64,000 nucleotides of DNA, from positions 94,662 through 158,661 of the forward strand of contig CAXNJO010000010.1 in the NCBI GenBank assembly GCA_964202905.1, given 5' to 3'. The stretch comes from Polyangiales bacterium. GTDB lineage: Bacteria; Myxococcota_A; Polyangia; Polyangiales; JADJQN01. Shown here one piece after another: positions 15,413-26,113 of the stretch (its first letter is position 1; each line of letters begins with the position of its first letter). Made by a program: the position numbers and the translations under genes. Under the pieces are notes generated by a model. The model ran no database searches. It worked only from the letters and a program-made list of their open reading frames with translations, and had not been told where the DNA came from.

Positions 15413-16882
15413 CTACTTGTCGACTGCGCGACCAGCGCCTGTCGGCCGCTCCGGGAGCCCGGCGATGAGCGCCTCGCCGAGCGCCTCGGCGACGCGCCGG
15501 TAGCCGAGCCGCGTGAGGTGCACGCGGTCGCGCTGCGCGAGCGGCGGTCGCTGCGCGGCCCACGCGACGGTCGCGAGCGGCCCGCCCTGGAAGCGCACCG
15601 TGTCGAAGAACGCGCAGCCCGCGGCGCGGGCGACGCGCCGCTGCGCCTCGGCGATCGCCGCCTGACGCGGGCGCTCGACCCAGCCCGCGCGCCGCACGCG
15701 CCGCGGCCGATCCGTCGCCCCGACGAGCACGCACGAGGCGCCCGGCACCGTCACGCGGACGCGCCCGACGACCTCGCGCAGCGACGCCTCGTAGCGCGCG
15801 AGCGGCTCGCTGTCGCTCGCCTCGTTCGTGCCGTACGCGAGCACGACGAGGTCCGGGCGACGGCGCGCGAGCTGCTCGCGGAAGAGCGCATCGTCCCAGA
15901 GCCGCTGGTCCCCCGCGCGCGCGCCGTTGAGCCCGAGCGCGTCGAGCACGACGCCCGCCCGCTGCAGCTCGAGCACCGCGCCGAACACGCGCACCACGCC
16001 GTCGCCGAGCGCCTCGACGCGCAGGCGGTGCGGGTCCGGGCCTTCGACCGGCAGCGGCACGTAGCGCGGCGCCCACTGCTCGGCCGCGAGCGACACCTCG
16101 CGCGGCGCGCCCTCGTCGAGCGTAACGCGCAGCGTGCCCCCGCCCGGCTGCGCCGCGGCCCAGAGTTCCAGCGCCCAAGCGGCCCCGGGCGGCGTCGTCG
16201 GCAGCGCGAGCTCGCCCCACGCGCCCTCGACCTCCGCGCCCTCGTCCGCCGCCGCGACGCCCGCGCCACGTTCCGCCGCCACGCCCCCGCTGTCGCGCGC
16301 CATCGCGGCGTCCGCTCGGGCCCCCCACTCGAGCGCGACACCCGCGTGCCCGTAGCGGTCCGCGCGGCGCTCGCGCGCGGTGACACGGAGCGCGCGCCAG
16401 CCGCTGCCACGCACCTCGCAGCCCGCGGCGCGGTACGTCGGGAAGGGGCGCGCAGGCAGCACGAAGCCCGGCCCCGCGTCGCCGAAACGCGACTGGAAGA
16501 ACGCGCGCAGCGCACCCGGCAGCGGCTCGGCGGCCGTGTGCGAGTCGCCGTAGAGCACGATCCGCGCGGTGCCCGCGCCGCGCGCAGCGCGCTCCAGCGC
16601 CGCATGGAACGCCGCGAGCGTCGGGCCCTCCGCGCCCTCGAGCGGGGCCGCAGCCGGAGCCGCCGCCTCCGACGACCCGTCGCGCGGCGCAAGCCCGTCA
16701 CCGCGCGGAGGCGCGTCACGCCCCACTGCGCCCGGCGCGCCGACGCCCGCGTCCTGCGCGCGCGCGACCCCGGCGCCGCCCGCGGGATGCGACGCGGCGA
16801 GCCCCCCCAGCAACCCCGCGAGCGCCCCGATCGACGCCGCGCGCCGCGCGACCGCCGCGCGGGGAGCGCGACGACTCACCAC
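15413..16882 (-). CDS. SGNH/GDSL hydrolase (PatB-like O-acetyltransferase/esterase), exported
   Basis: YGDSH (block I), FGDAGPG, GLNGA (II), YGTNE (III), DRVH (V). Confidence 0.85.
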   Translation of the reverse strand: MVSRRAPRAAVARRAASIGALAGLLGGLAASHPAGGAGVARAQDAGVGAPGAVGRDAPPRGDGLAPRDGSSEAAAPAAAPLEGAEGPTLAAFHAALERAARGAGTARIVLYGDSHTAAEPLPGALRAFFQSRFGDAGPGFVLPARPFPTYRAAGCEVRGSGWRALRVTARERRADRYGHAGVALEWGARADAAMARDSGGVAAERGAGVAAADEGAEVEGAWGELALPTTPPGAAWALELWAAAQPGGGTLRVTLDEGAPREVSLAAEQWAPRYVPLPVEGPDPHRLRVEALGDGVVRVFGAVLELQRAGVVLDALGLNGARAGDQRLWDDALFREQLARRRPDLVVLAYGTNEASDSEPLARYEASLREVVGRVRVTVPGASCVLVGATDRPRRVRRAGWVERPRQAAIAEAQRRVARAAGCAFFDTVRFQGGPLATVAWAAQRPPLAQRDRVHLTRLGYRRVAEALGEALIAGLPERPTGAGRAVDK

Positions 16883-17901
16883 TTCTTCTGGACGCTGCGC
16901 ATGAACTCGTACGGATAGCCGAGCGGGAAGGTGCTCGCCTCGTCGAGCCGCGCGACCTGCGCGTCGTCGAGCACAAGCGCGTCACCGGCGAGGTTCTCGT
17001 CGAGCTGCGCGACCGTGCGCGCGCCGATGATCACGCTCGTCACCGCGGGCTTGCGCAGCAGCCACGCGAGCGAGACGGCGCTCGGCGTCGATCCGAGCTC
17101 CTTCGCGACGGCCTCGACGGTGTCGAGGATCCCCCAGTTGCGCGCGTTGTCGAAGGCCGCGAGGCGCTCCCGCCACTTCGCGAGGCGCGAGCCCTCGCCC
17201 GGCGCCTCACCGCGCTTGTACTTGCCCGAGAGAAAGCCGCTCGCGAGCGGCGACCACGGCAGGATGCCGAGCCCGAACTTCTGCGAGAGCGGGACGTGCT
17301 CGCGCTCGAGCTCGCGGTGCACGAGGCTGTACTGCGCCTGCAGCGCGACGAAGGACTCGAGGTGCTGCGAGCGGCTCGTCCAGAGGCTGTCGACGAGGCG
17401 GTACGCGGCGTAGTTCGAGCAGCCGAGGTAGAGCACCTTGCCGCTGCGCACGAGGTCGTCGAGCGCGCGCAGCGTCTCCTCCTCGGGCGTGTCGAGGTCC
17501 TGCATGTGGATCTGGTAGAGGTCGATGCGGTCGGTGCCGAGCCGGCGCAGCGAGTCCTCCGCGGCGCGCACGATCCGGTAGCGCGAGGCGCCCGTGCCGT
17601 TCGGCCCCGGCGACATGCGGAAGCGGAATTTCGTCGCGATCACCGTGCGATCGCGGCTGCCGCGCGACGCCATCCAGCGGCCGACGACGCGCTCGCTGAG
17701 CCCGTCGTTGCCGTAGACGTCGGCCGTGTCGAGGAAGTTGACGCCCGCCTCCGCGGCGCGGTCCATCATCGCGAACGCCGTCTCCTCCGACGCGCCGAGG
17801 CCGTGCATGAAGGAGTTCTCGTCGGGCTCGCCGAACGTCATCGCGCCGAGGCAGATCGACGAGACCTGGAGACCGGAGCGGCCGAGGTTGCGGTAGTGCA
17901 T
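16876..17901 (-). CDS. Aldo/keto reductase
   Basis: LGRSGLQVS..LGAMTFG, FLDTADVY, IATK, SLRRLGTDRIDLYQIH, WSPLASGFL, IIGART. Confidence 0.95.
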   Translation of the reverse strand: MHYRNLGRSGLQVSSICLGAMTFGEPDENSFMHGLGASEETAFAMMDRAAEAGVNFLDTADVYGNDGLSERVVGRWMASRGSRDRTVIATKFRFRMSPGPNGTGASRYRIVRAAEDSLRRLGTDRIDLYQIHMQDLDTPEEETLRALDDLVRSGKVLYLGCSNYAAYRLVDSLWTSRSQHLESFVALQAQYSLVHRELEREHVPLSQKFGLGILPWSPLASGFLSGKYKRGEAPGEGSRLAKWRERLAAFDNARNWGILDTVEAVAKELGSTPSAVSLAWLLRKPAVTSVIIGARTVAQLDENLAGDALVLDDAQVARLDEASTFPLGYPYEFMRSVQKKW

Positions 17902-18045
17902 GGCGGCGGAGGGTACACGATCGCGTGCGCGGGGCGCCGCGCGGGTCGAGCGCGCGGGGCCCACGCCGGCACGCATCGGGGAGAACGCCGCGGGGCAGTC
18001 GGTGCGGGGCTGTCCCGGCGGGGACGGCCGCACTACGTCCCGCGC

Positions 18046-18732
18046 ATGGCCCCCTCGTTCGCCGTCTTCGCGCGCGTCCTCCGCACCCTCACGCAGCAGG
18101 GCGGCACCGCGCGCCGGCGGCGCTCCCCCGCGCTGCTCTCGCTCGGCGTCGCCGCGCTCGCCGCGTGCGCCGGCCCGGAGCGGCCGACGACGGGGACGCT
18201 GGCGCCCCGCGCGCCGGACACCTCGGCGACCAACACGACGACGACCCTCTCACGAGATGGCAACCATGCCGCTGAGAACGCCGCCCCCTGCGCCGACCCC
18301 GCGCGCTGCGCGCTCCCGCCGGCGCCGGATGCGCCGCCGACCGAGGCCGAGCGCGCGGGCGCGACGAACCTCGACGGCGCGCCCCTCGCCGTCTGCTCGG
18401 AGGCGCCGCTCACCGGCTACTACCGCGACGGACGCTGCGCGACGGGCCCGGACGATCGCGGCGTGCACGTCGTGTGCGCGCAGGTGACGCGCGCGTTCCT
18501 CGACTTCTCGCGCGGGCGCGGCAACGACCTCGTCACCCCGATCCCCGGCCGCTTCCCGGGCCTGCGCCCCGGCGACCGCTGGTGCCTCTGCGCCGCGCGC
18601 TGGGAGGAGGCGCGCCTCGGCGGCGCCGCGCCCCCCATCGTGCGCGAGGCGACCGAGCGCCGCGCCCTCGACTTCACCTCACGCGCCGCGCTCGACGCCC
18701 ACGCGCTCGGGGGCTCGGCCCCGCCCCGCTGA
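18046..18732 (+). CDS. DUF2237-family protein with N-terminal lipoprotein-like extension
   Basis: PLTGYYRDGRC.TGPDDRGVHVVCA...GNDLVTP..FPGLRPGDRWCLCAARW; LAAC lipobox upstream. Confidence 0.85.
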   Translation: MAPSFAVFARVLRTLTQQGGTARRRRSPALLSLGVAALAACAGPERPTTGTLAPRAPDTSATNTTTTLSRDGNHAAENAAPCADPARCALPPAPDAPPTEAERAGATNLDGAPLAVCSEAPLTGYYRDGRCATGPDDRGVHVVCAQVTRAFLDFSRGRGNDLVTPIPGRFPGLRPGDRWCLCAARWEEARLGGAAPPIVREATERRALDFTSRAALDAHALGGSAPPR

Positions 18733-18759
18733 CGGCGCCGCGCGGGGGCCCGCGCCGCG

Positions 18760-20265
18760 TCAGAGCAGGCGCAGCGCGGCCCCGCTCGGGTCGCTCGCGC
18801 CGGGCGCCGCGTCGTCCACGCGGAACGTCGTGAGCGTGTTCTGCCCGCGCGCGGCGTCCCACACGCCGTCGTTCGCGAGCCGGATGGAGAACTCGGGCCG
18901 CGCCGCGAGGGCCTCGTCGCTCGACGGCAGCAGAAGCGAGAGGGTGTACGCGCCCTCCGCAAGCCCCCCCGGCAGCGCGAGACGCACGTCGACCGTGTGC
19001 AGGCCCGGGAGCCAGGCGCGGACCTCGATCGGGAGCGTGACGCGCGCGCGTCCGCCCGGCCCCTCGACCACGAGGACCGCCGGGCGCGGGTTGAAGGGCG
19101 CGGCGAAGCCCTCGTTCCGCAGCGCGAGGCGCACGCGGAACGAGCCGCCCGGGCGCACCGCCTCGGGGAGCTCGCCCCCCGTCAGCACGAGTCGGTAGCC
19201 GAGCCGCCGCTCGATCTCGCCGAGGCAGCCGCCGCTCTCCCAGCCCGCGACGACGTCGGGGTGGTAGTCGCGGTTGACGAACGAGAAGTGCATCGCCTCG
19301 AGCTCGGCGATCGCGGGCGCACACGCGGAGCGCGCTGGGAAGGGCGCGCACGTCTCGCCGCCCGCCGGGCTGTAGGCGGTGTGCGCGCTCGCGAAGGCAC
19401 GCCACCGCGCGATCTCCGCGTCGGGGTACGTGCCGAAGTCCGTCTCGCTCGCGACGAAGCAGTCGTTGTGGAAGCCGATCCGCGCCTCGAAGGAACCCGA
19501 GAAGGCGCGGCTTGCGTCGAGTGGCGCCCCGCCGATCAGCGCGGCGAGGTGCGGGGGGTAGCGCACCTGCGTAGAGCGGCTGCTCGGCAACGCCGCGAGC
19601 AGCGCCTCGACGACGGCGCGACGCGCATCGGGGTCGCGGTCGAGCCCGTTCGTCGAGGTGTGCCACTCGCCCCACGCGCCGATGAACCCCGCCTGCACCA
19701 GCGCGATCACGTCGGCGTTCGCGCGGAGGATCGGCGCCACCTGCGCGAGGTGGCCCTCGATCCGCGCGAGCGGCGCGTCGGGCTCGCTGTCGGGATACGG
19801 CCCTTCGTTGTAGGCAAAGCGCAGGATCACCTCGAAGCCGTCCGCGCGCGCGACGCCGAGCGCGCGCTCGAGGGCCGCGAGCGTGGCGGCGTCGATGTCG
19901 CGGTCTCGGAAGGCGTCGAGGCGTACGTACGAATACACGAGCGAGTCGGCCGGGTGCTCGCTGCGCAGCCACGAGAGGTCCGACTCCGCGAGCAGATTCG
20001 CCGCGCGGTAGAAGCCGCGCTCGGGGTTCGGGAAGAGCGCGTCGCTGCGGGTGAAGGCGATCGGGCGGCCGGGCGCGTCGACCGACGCGGCGTCCACGAG
20101 CGAGCCGTCGAACGGCGCGGCGTCCGCGGGCGCGGCGTCGAGGGGCGCGGCGTCCGCGAGCGCGGCGTCCACGAGCGCGGCGTCGGGGCCGCCATCCTCA
20201 GGCCCCGACGTGCCACCGCAGCCGAGGAGCGCGAGGAGACCGACGAGCGAGAGCGGGCGGCGCAT
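18760..20265 (-). CDS. DUF4874/DUF4832 (glycoside-hydrolase-like) lipoprotein
   Basis: Lipobox LLGC; NPERGFY, LRFAY, AGFIGAWGEWH, RIGFHNDCF, GGET, RLGYR, N.GFAAPFNPR. Confidence 0.85.
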   Translation of the reverse strand: MRRPLSLVGLLALLGCGGTSGPEDGGPDAALVDAALADAAPLDAAPADAAPFDGSLVDAASVDAPGRPIAFTRSDALFPNPERGFYRAANLLAESDLSWLRSEHPADSLVYSYVRLDAFRDRDIDAATLAALERALGVARADGFEVILRFAYNEGPYPDSEPDAPLARIEGHLAQVAPILRANADVIALVQAGFIGAWGEWHTSTNGLDRDPDARRAVVEALLAALPSSRSTQVRYPPHLAALIGGAPLDASRAFSGSFEARIGFHNDCFVASETDFGTYPDAEIARWRAFASAHTAYSPAGGETCAPFPARSACAPAIAELEAMHFSFVNRDYHPDVVAGWESGGCLGEIERRLGYRLVLTGGELPEAVRPGGSFRVRLALRNEGFAAPFNPRPAVLVVEGPGGRARVTLPIEVRAWLPGLHTVDVRLALPGGLAEGAYTLSLLLPSSDEALAARPEFSIRLANDGVWDAARGQNTLTTFRVDDAAPGASDPSGAALRLL

Positions 20266-20360
20266 CGCGCGAGGGTCGCACACCCCGCGCGCGCCCGGAG
20301 AAACACCGCGCGGCGGCGCATGGCGCGGGCGTGGCGCGCCCCGTACCCTCGGCCGCTCTC

Positions 20361-21981
20361 ATGACCCGACGCCGCGATGCGAGTTTCGATCTCCGCGACG
20401 CCGTCCGCGATCGCGGCTTCACGCCGCGCGGCGCCGATCGCGAGGCGCTCCTCGCGCTCGTCGCGGCCGACGACGACGACGCGGACCACGCCGAGCGCAC
20501 GCTCGCGCTCCTCGGCCCCGACGCCGGCCACGCCGCGCTCGCCGCGGCCGCGTCGCACACGGGCCAGGCGCGCGGCACGCTCGTGCGCGCCGCCGGGCGG
20601 CTCGCGACGGGCGACGCGGGCGAGCGCTGCGCGCGCCCATCGCCGGCTTCCTCGGGGACGACGACGCCCGCGTCCGCCGCGCCGCCGCGCGCGCCCTCGG
20701 CGCAACGGGCGACACGCGCTTCGCCGCCCCCTGCTCGAGCGCGCACGCGCGGGCGGCGCGGACGTCGCCGAGCAGAAGGTGCTGCTCGCCGCGCTCGGCA
20801 AGCTCGGCGATCCCGGCGCGCTCGAGACGGTCGCGCGCGTCGCGCAGGGAACGAACGACGCGCTGCTCCGCCGCGTCGCCGAGGAGGCCACGCTGCGCCT
20901 CGCGCGCGACGCGGTGCGCAGCGGCGGCGAGAACGCCATCGACCCGGATGCGCGCCTGCCGCGTGACACCGTCGTGCTCCTCGGCTGCCGCGACGGCCTC
21001 GAGGACGTGCTCGTCGAGGAGGCGCAGTCGCTGCTCGACGCACGGCGCGCAGGCGCAGGCGGCGCGCGCGGGACGCTCCGCGCAGGCGCCACGCTCGGCG
21101 CGCTCCGCACCCTGCGCACGGCCGCGCGCGTCGAGCTGCTCGGCGGCGAGGCGCCGGTGCGCGACGGCGACGTCGCGGCGGCGGCCGCCCTCGCGCTCGC
21201 CGCGAAGCCGTGCGCCGCGCTCCTCGCCGCGGTCACGCTCGGCCCGATCCGCTACCGGCTCGCGTGGCCGGGCGGCGCACACCGGCGCGCCGACACGCTG
21301 CGCGTCGCGCTCGAGGCCGCGCGGCTGCGACCGGAGCTGGTCAACGACCCGCGCGACGCCCCGTGGGAGGCCCGCGTGGAGCCGGACCCGCGCGCGGGCT
21401 GCGTGCGCATCTGGCTCACGCCGCGCGCGCTGCCCGACGCGCGCTTCGACTACCTCGAGACGCGCGCCGAGGGCGCCTCGCACCCCACGGTCGCCGCGGC
21501 GCTCGCGCGGCTCGGCGGCGTCCGCGCCGACGACGTCGTGTGGGACCCCTTCTGCGGCGCGGGCACCGAGCTCGTCGAGCGCGCCCGGCTCGGCCCGTAC
21601 GCGCGCCTCTTCGGCACGGACCTCGACGCCGACGTCGCCGCCCTCGGCGCCGCGACGCTCGTCCGCGCGCGGCTCCCCCACGCGCGCGTCACCCACGGCG
21701 ACGCGCTCCTCGTCACGCCGCGCCCCGCGCCGACGCTCGTGCTCACCAACCCGCCGCTCGGCCGCCGCGTCGGGCGGCAGGCCGATCCGGGCGCGCTGCT
21801 CTCGCACCTCGCCGCGCGGCTCCCCGCCGTGCTCGCGCCGGGCGCCCGCGTCGTGTGGCTCTCGCCGCAGCCCGACCGCACCGCGCGCGCGCTCGTCGCG
21901 GCGGGCTTCCGCGTGACGGACGGCACGCGCGTCGATCTCGGCGGGCTCGTGGCCGAGCGACAGATCGCGTTTCTCGAATAG
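20361..21981 (+). CDS. HEAT-repeat + SAM-dependent (RNA m2G-type) methyltransferase; two apparent frameshifts about 20635 and 20730
   Basis: HEAT motif DDDARVRRAAARALG; HPTVAAAL, WDPFCGAGTEL, TNPPLG; coding signal moves across three frames. Confidence 0.75.
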
Positions 21982-22029
21982 TTCCGGTACGTTTCAGACC
22001 TCTTACCGCCCCACCCGACCGAGCCGTCC

Positions 22030-22857
22030 ATGCCCTCGACCACCATGTCGTCGACCACCACGCCTTCCGCCGCGCGCCTCCTCGCCCTCCTCGCCCTGCT
22101 CGCCGCCGCGTGCAGCGACGACGAAGGCACCGTCCCGCCCGCGGACGCCGGCCCCGCCGACGCCGCACCGGCCGACGCCGGGTCACCCGACGCGGGCGCG
22201 CCGCTCTGCGAGGCGACGACCGTGCCCTGCGTCGACGAGTCGATCGCGCTGCTCGACCTCTTCGACACCGTGAACGCGGCCGAGATCCGCGAGGAAGGCA
22301 CGACGCCCGGCGAGTTCACGACCTTCGTCGACGCGACCGCCGGCGGCATGATGCCGACGACGTCGTTCGTCTACGCGCGCTTCACGGACACGGGCCTCGT
22401 CGGCGCGGCGCTCTCGGACGAGGACGCGCTCCTCTCGACCGATTGGGACATCGCCTTCCGCCGCTACGTGCTGCGCGTGAACTCGGGCGTCGGCGGCCCC
22501 TCGTGCGTGCAGGCCGCGCGCACCGCGCCGGGCACCACCTTCGAAGGGCTCACCGCCGTGCCCGACGGCGTCGCGTACCGCACGGAGTCGTACCTCACGG
22601 AGACCTGCGAGATCGTCCCCGACGGCAACGGGCTCGGCTCGCCGGCGACCGCGCTCTCGAGCTTCTGGTCGTACCCCGGCTGCGTCGCGATGACCGGGAA
22701 CGTCTACGTCCTCGCGCTGCGCGGCGGCCGCCACGTGAAGCTCGAGGTGGTCGGCTACTACGCGCCCGCGAACCAGGCGAGCTGCGACTCGGGCGGCAGC
22801 GTCACGCTTCCGAGCGGTTCGGGCAGCATCCGCGTCCGCTGGTCGTTCCTGGACTGA
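22030..22857 (+). CDS. HmuY-family lipoprotein
   Basis: Lipobox LAAAC; DWDIAFRRY.LRVNSG, VYVL...G.HVKLEVVGYY. Confidence 0.8.
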   Translation: MPSTTMSSTTTPSAARLLALLALLAAACSDDEGTVPPADAGPADAAPADAGSPDAGAPLCEATTVPCVDESIALLDLFDTVNAAEIREEGTTPGEFTTFVDATAGGMMPTTSFVYARFTDTGLVGAALSDEDALLSTDWDIAFRRYVLRVNSGVGGPSCVQAARTAPGTTFEGLTAVPDGVAYRTESYLTETCEIVPDGNGLGSPATALSSFWSYPGCVAMTGNVYVLALRGGRHVKLEVVGYYAPANQASCDSGGSVTLPSGSGSIRVRWSFLD

Positions 22858-22865
22858 GGGTGCCG

Positions 22866-24530
22866 ATGTTGGCGCACGACGCCTTCGCCTCGTCACGCGC
22901 GCTCGCGCTCGCCGCGGGCGTCGGCGCCCTGTGCCTCGCACCGCGCCCCGGCGCGCACGCCCAGGCCACCGCGCCCACGCGCGACGCCGCCGCAGACGCC
23001 ATCACGGACGCCGTCACGGACGCAGACGCCGTGACGCGCGCCCCGCGCGACGAAGGCGCCGCGATCGCGCGCTACGTGGATCGGGGTCGCATCGTCCGGG
23101 CGCGCAGGCTCGGCCGCGCGGCGAGCGGGCGGGAGCGCGTCGCGCTCGACGACGGGCAGCGACGCTACGAGGCGGAGCTCGGCGCGCACGCCGTCGTCAC
23201 GCTCGCCGCGGGCGCGACGGACGCCAACCTCGCCGCGCTCGGCGTCGCCATCGAGCGGCCGCTGATGCCGCGCGCCCGGCTCGCGCTGCTCCGCTCCCTC
23301 CGCGGCGAGGACGCGCTCGCGCTCGCCGCGCGCCTCGCGACGGCCCCGCGCGCGCTCGTCGAGACGGCAGCGCCGGATCTCTGGCTGCCGCACGTGCACC
23401 ACTTCACGCTGCCGCCCGACGACCCGCGCTACGGCGGCCAGTGGTACCTCGACACGCTCGGGATCGAGGGCGCGTGGGCCCGCGCGACGGGCGACGCCGC
23501 GACGACCATCGCCATCGTGGATGATGGCTGTGATCTCGAGCACCCCGACCTCGCGCCGCACCTGCTCCCGGGCTTCGACGCGCTCGACGGCGACGACGTG
23601 CCCGCGCACACGCCCGGCGTGCCCGGCAACGCCCACGGGACGGCCTGCGCGGGGCTCGTCGCGGCGGTCGGCGACAACGGCGAGGGCATCGTCGGCGCGT
23701 GCCCCGAGTGCACGCTGCGCTGCGTGCGGCTCCTGCCCGCGTCGGGCGGGCTCGTGCCCGTCTCCGCGGACGTCGCGGCCTTCGACGCCATCCTCCGCGC
23801 GGGCGTCGCCGTCGCGTCGAACAGCTGGGGCTTCGCCTCCGGCGTGCCCGCGCCCGGCCCGCTCGTCACGGCCATCGAGACGACGCTGCGCGACGGCCGC
23901 GGCGGCCTCGGCACCGTCGTCGTCTTCGCCGCGGGCAACGACGACGCCCCGATCGGCGCCGACGAGGTGCAGGCCACGCCCGGCGTGATCTGCGTCGGCG
24001 CGATCAACCAGTTCGACGAGGCCGCGGCCTTCTCGAACCGCGGCCCGGCCGTCTCGCTCGTCGCGCCGACCGGCACGCTCACGACCGACGTGCGGGGCGC
24101 CGATGGCGACGACCCGAGCGACTACACCGCGCGCTTCGGCGGCACCTCCTCGGCGTGCCCGCTCGTGGCCGGCGTCGCCGCGCTGCTCGCCTCCGCGCGC
24201 CCCGACGCGCCCGCCGCGGCGATCCGCGACGCGCTCCTCGCCTCCACGCGCCCCGCGCCCTTCGCGACGCCCGACGCGACCGGCCACGACCCGCTCTACG
24301 GGCAGGGCATCCTCGACCCCACGGCCGCCCTCGCCCGCTGGCTCCCCGAGCCCGTCGACGCCGGGCCACCGCCGGCAGCGCCCGCCCCGCCCGCCACCGC
24401 AGGCTGCGCGTGCCGCGTCGCGCCGAGCCGGGACACGGACGACACCGCCCCCGCCGCGCTCGCCACCGCGCTCCTCGCGCTCGGCCTCGCCGCGCGGCGC
24501 CGCGTGCGACGTCGCCCGCGCGCCGCACGC
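22866..24530 (+). CDS. S8 subtilisin-family serine peptidase with MYXO-CTERM-like segment
   Basis: AIVDDG, HGTACAG, FAAGN, GGTSSACP catalytic motifs; GCAC..TM..RRR at about 24400-24520; no in-frame stop seen, so the end is approximate. Confidence 0.85.
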
Positions 24531-26096
24531 GCGCGCGCCGCGTCTGCCGCGCCGCTCGCTGCCGCGCTCGTCGCCGGCCGGCTGCGCCGCGCTCACCGCG
24601 GCCGGCGCTTACGCTGCCCGCGGACGACGTCGCGGGCGCCCGCCGCGCTGCGCGCCGACCACCCGGCACGACGGAGCTCCCGCCGCGCTACGACGCCGGT
24701 GACGTCGTGGAGTTCCTCGACTCCGCGGGCGGCGGCTTCCGCGTGCACTTCACGCGCACCGGGACGCACGCGGTCCCCGCCGACGACGCCGACGCCGACG
24801 GCGTGCCCGACTTCGTCACGCTCGTCGCCGACACGCACGACGCGGTGCGCGCGCTACGAGGCGCTCGGCTTCCTGCCGGCCCGCAGCGACGCGCTCGTGC
24901 CCGACGGCACGGGCGGCAGCGAGCGCTTCGACGTGTACCTGCTCGACTTCGGTGGGTCGGCGGACGGCGCGTTCCGCCGCGAGATCTGCGCGCCTGCGGG
25001 CGGCTGCGCGGGCTACATGGTCGAGGAGAACGATTTCACCGGCTACGGCTATCCCACCCGCGGTTACGCCGTGCGGCTCCTCGCGTCGCACGAGTTCTTC
25101 CACGCGATCCAGGCCGCCTACGACCGCGACGGCGCCACGCAGGGCGCCGTGCTCTCGGAGGGCACCGCGGTGTGGGCGAGCGAGCGCTTCGACCCCGGCC
25201 TCCGCGACCTCGAGGGCTTCGCGGCGGGCTACCTCGAGCGCACCGACCGGCCGCTCGGCACCGATCCGCTCGGGCCCGTGCCCGCGTTCGCGTACGGCGC
25301 GGGGATTTTCTTCGAGCACCTCTCGACGCGTCACGGCGACGGCGTCGTCGCCGCGCTGCTCGAGGCCCTCGCCGCCGCGCCCGCCGGGAGCCGCTGGACG
25401 GAGTCGCTCGACGCGCTCCTCGCGGCGCGCTTCGCCGACGCCTTCGAGCCCGCCTTCCTCGACTTCGCGGCGCGCCTCGTGTTTCTCGGCCCGCGCGCCG
25501 ACGACACGCGCGGCCTCCCGCGGGCAGCGGCCTTCCCGGGCGTGACGACCCGCGTCGTCACGCTGCCCTTCGCCGACGCCTCGCTGCGCCTCTTCCCCGC
25601 TTCCGCCCGCTACTTCGAGGCCATCGCGGCGCCAGGCCCGCTCGTCGTTCGCGCGCGCGAGGGCGACGCCGCGTCGGGCGCCACGGTGCTCGCCTACGCG
25701 CTCGCGCGGGGCGTCCCGGTGGCCGAGGCGCGCGGCCTCGGCGAGGCGTCGCTCGAGGTGCCCGCGACCGCCGACACGCTCCTCTTCGCGCTCGCGGACG
25801 GGCGGACGGCGGGCGCGAGCCGCGTGCTCTCGATCTGCGCGGCGCAGGGCGGCGCGGAGGCCTGCGCGACGGCGCCGCCCGATGCCGGTGTCCTCGACGC
25901 GGGCGCCCCCGACGCAGGCCCGCCCGTCGACGCCGGCCCCGTCGCGCCCCCGGCCGCCAGCGACGCGGGGTGCAGCGTGTCCCGCACGGGTATGCGCTCG
26001 TTGCCGAGCGGGCTGCTCGCACTGCTCTTGGGCCTCGCCGCGTCGGCCACCCGCCGCGAAGTGTCGCGCCGCAGCGCGCGCAAGCCCCGCGCCTGA
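24530..26096 (+). CDS. MXAN_6640-like putative Zn metalloprotease with MYXO-CTERM; frameshifts about 24580-24850
   Basis: FRVHFT..G.HAV...DADADGVPDFV, RFDVYLLDF, ENDF, SHEFFHAIQ (HExxH), EGTAVW; GCSVS..TM..RR tail. Confidence 0.75.
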
Positions 26097-26113
26097 CGAC
26101 GCGCCGACCGCGC

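Noticed and set aside
21975-22029. Fur box upstream of the HmuY gene
   Set aside because: AT-richer, but no convincing GATAATGATAATCATTATC-like palindrome
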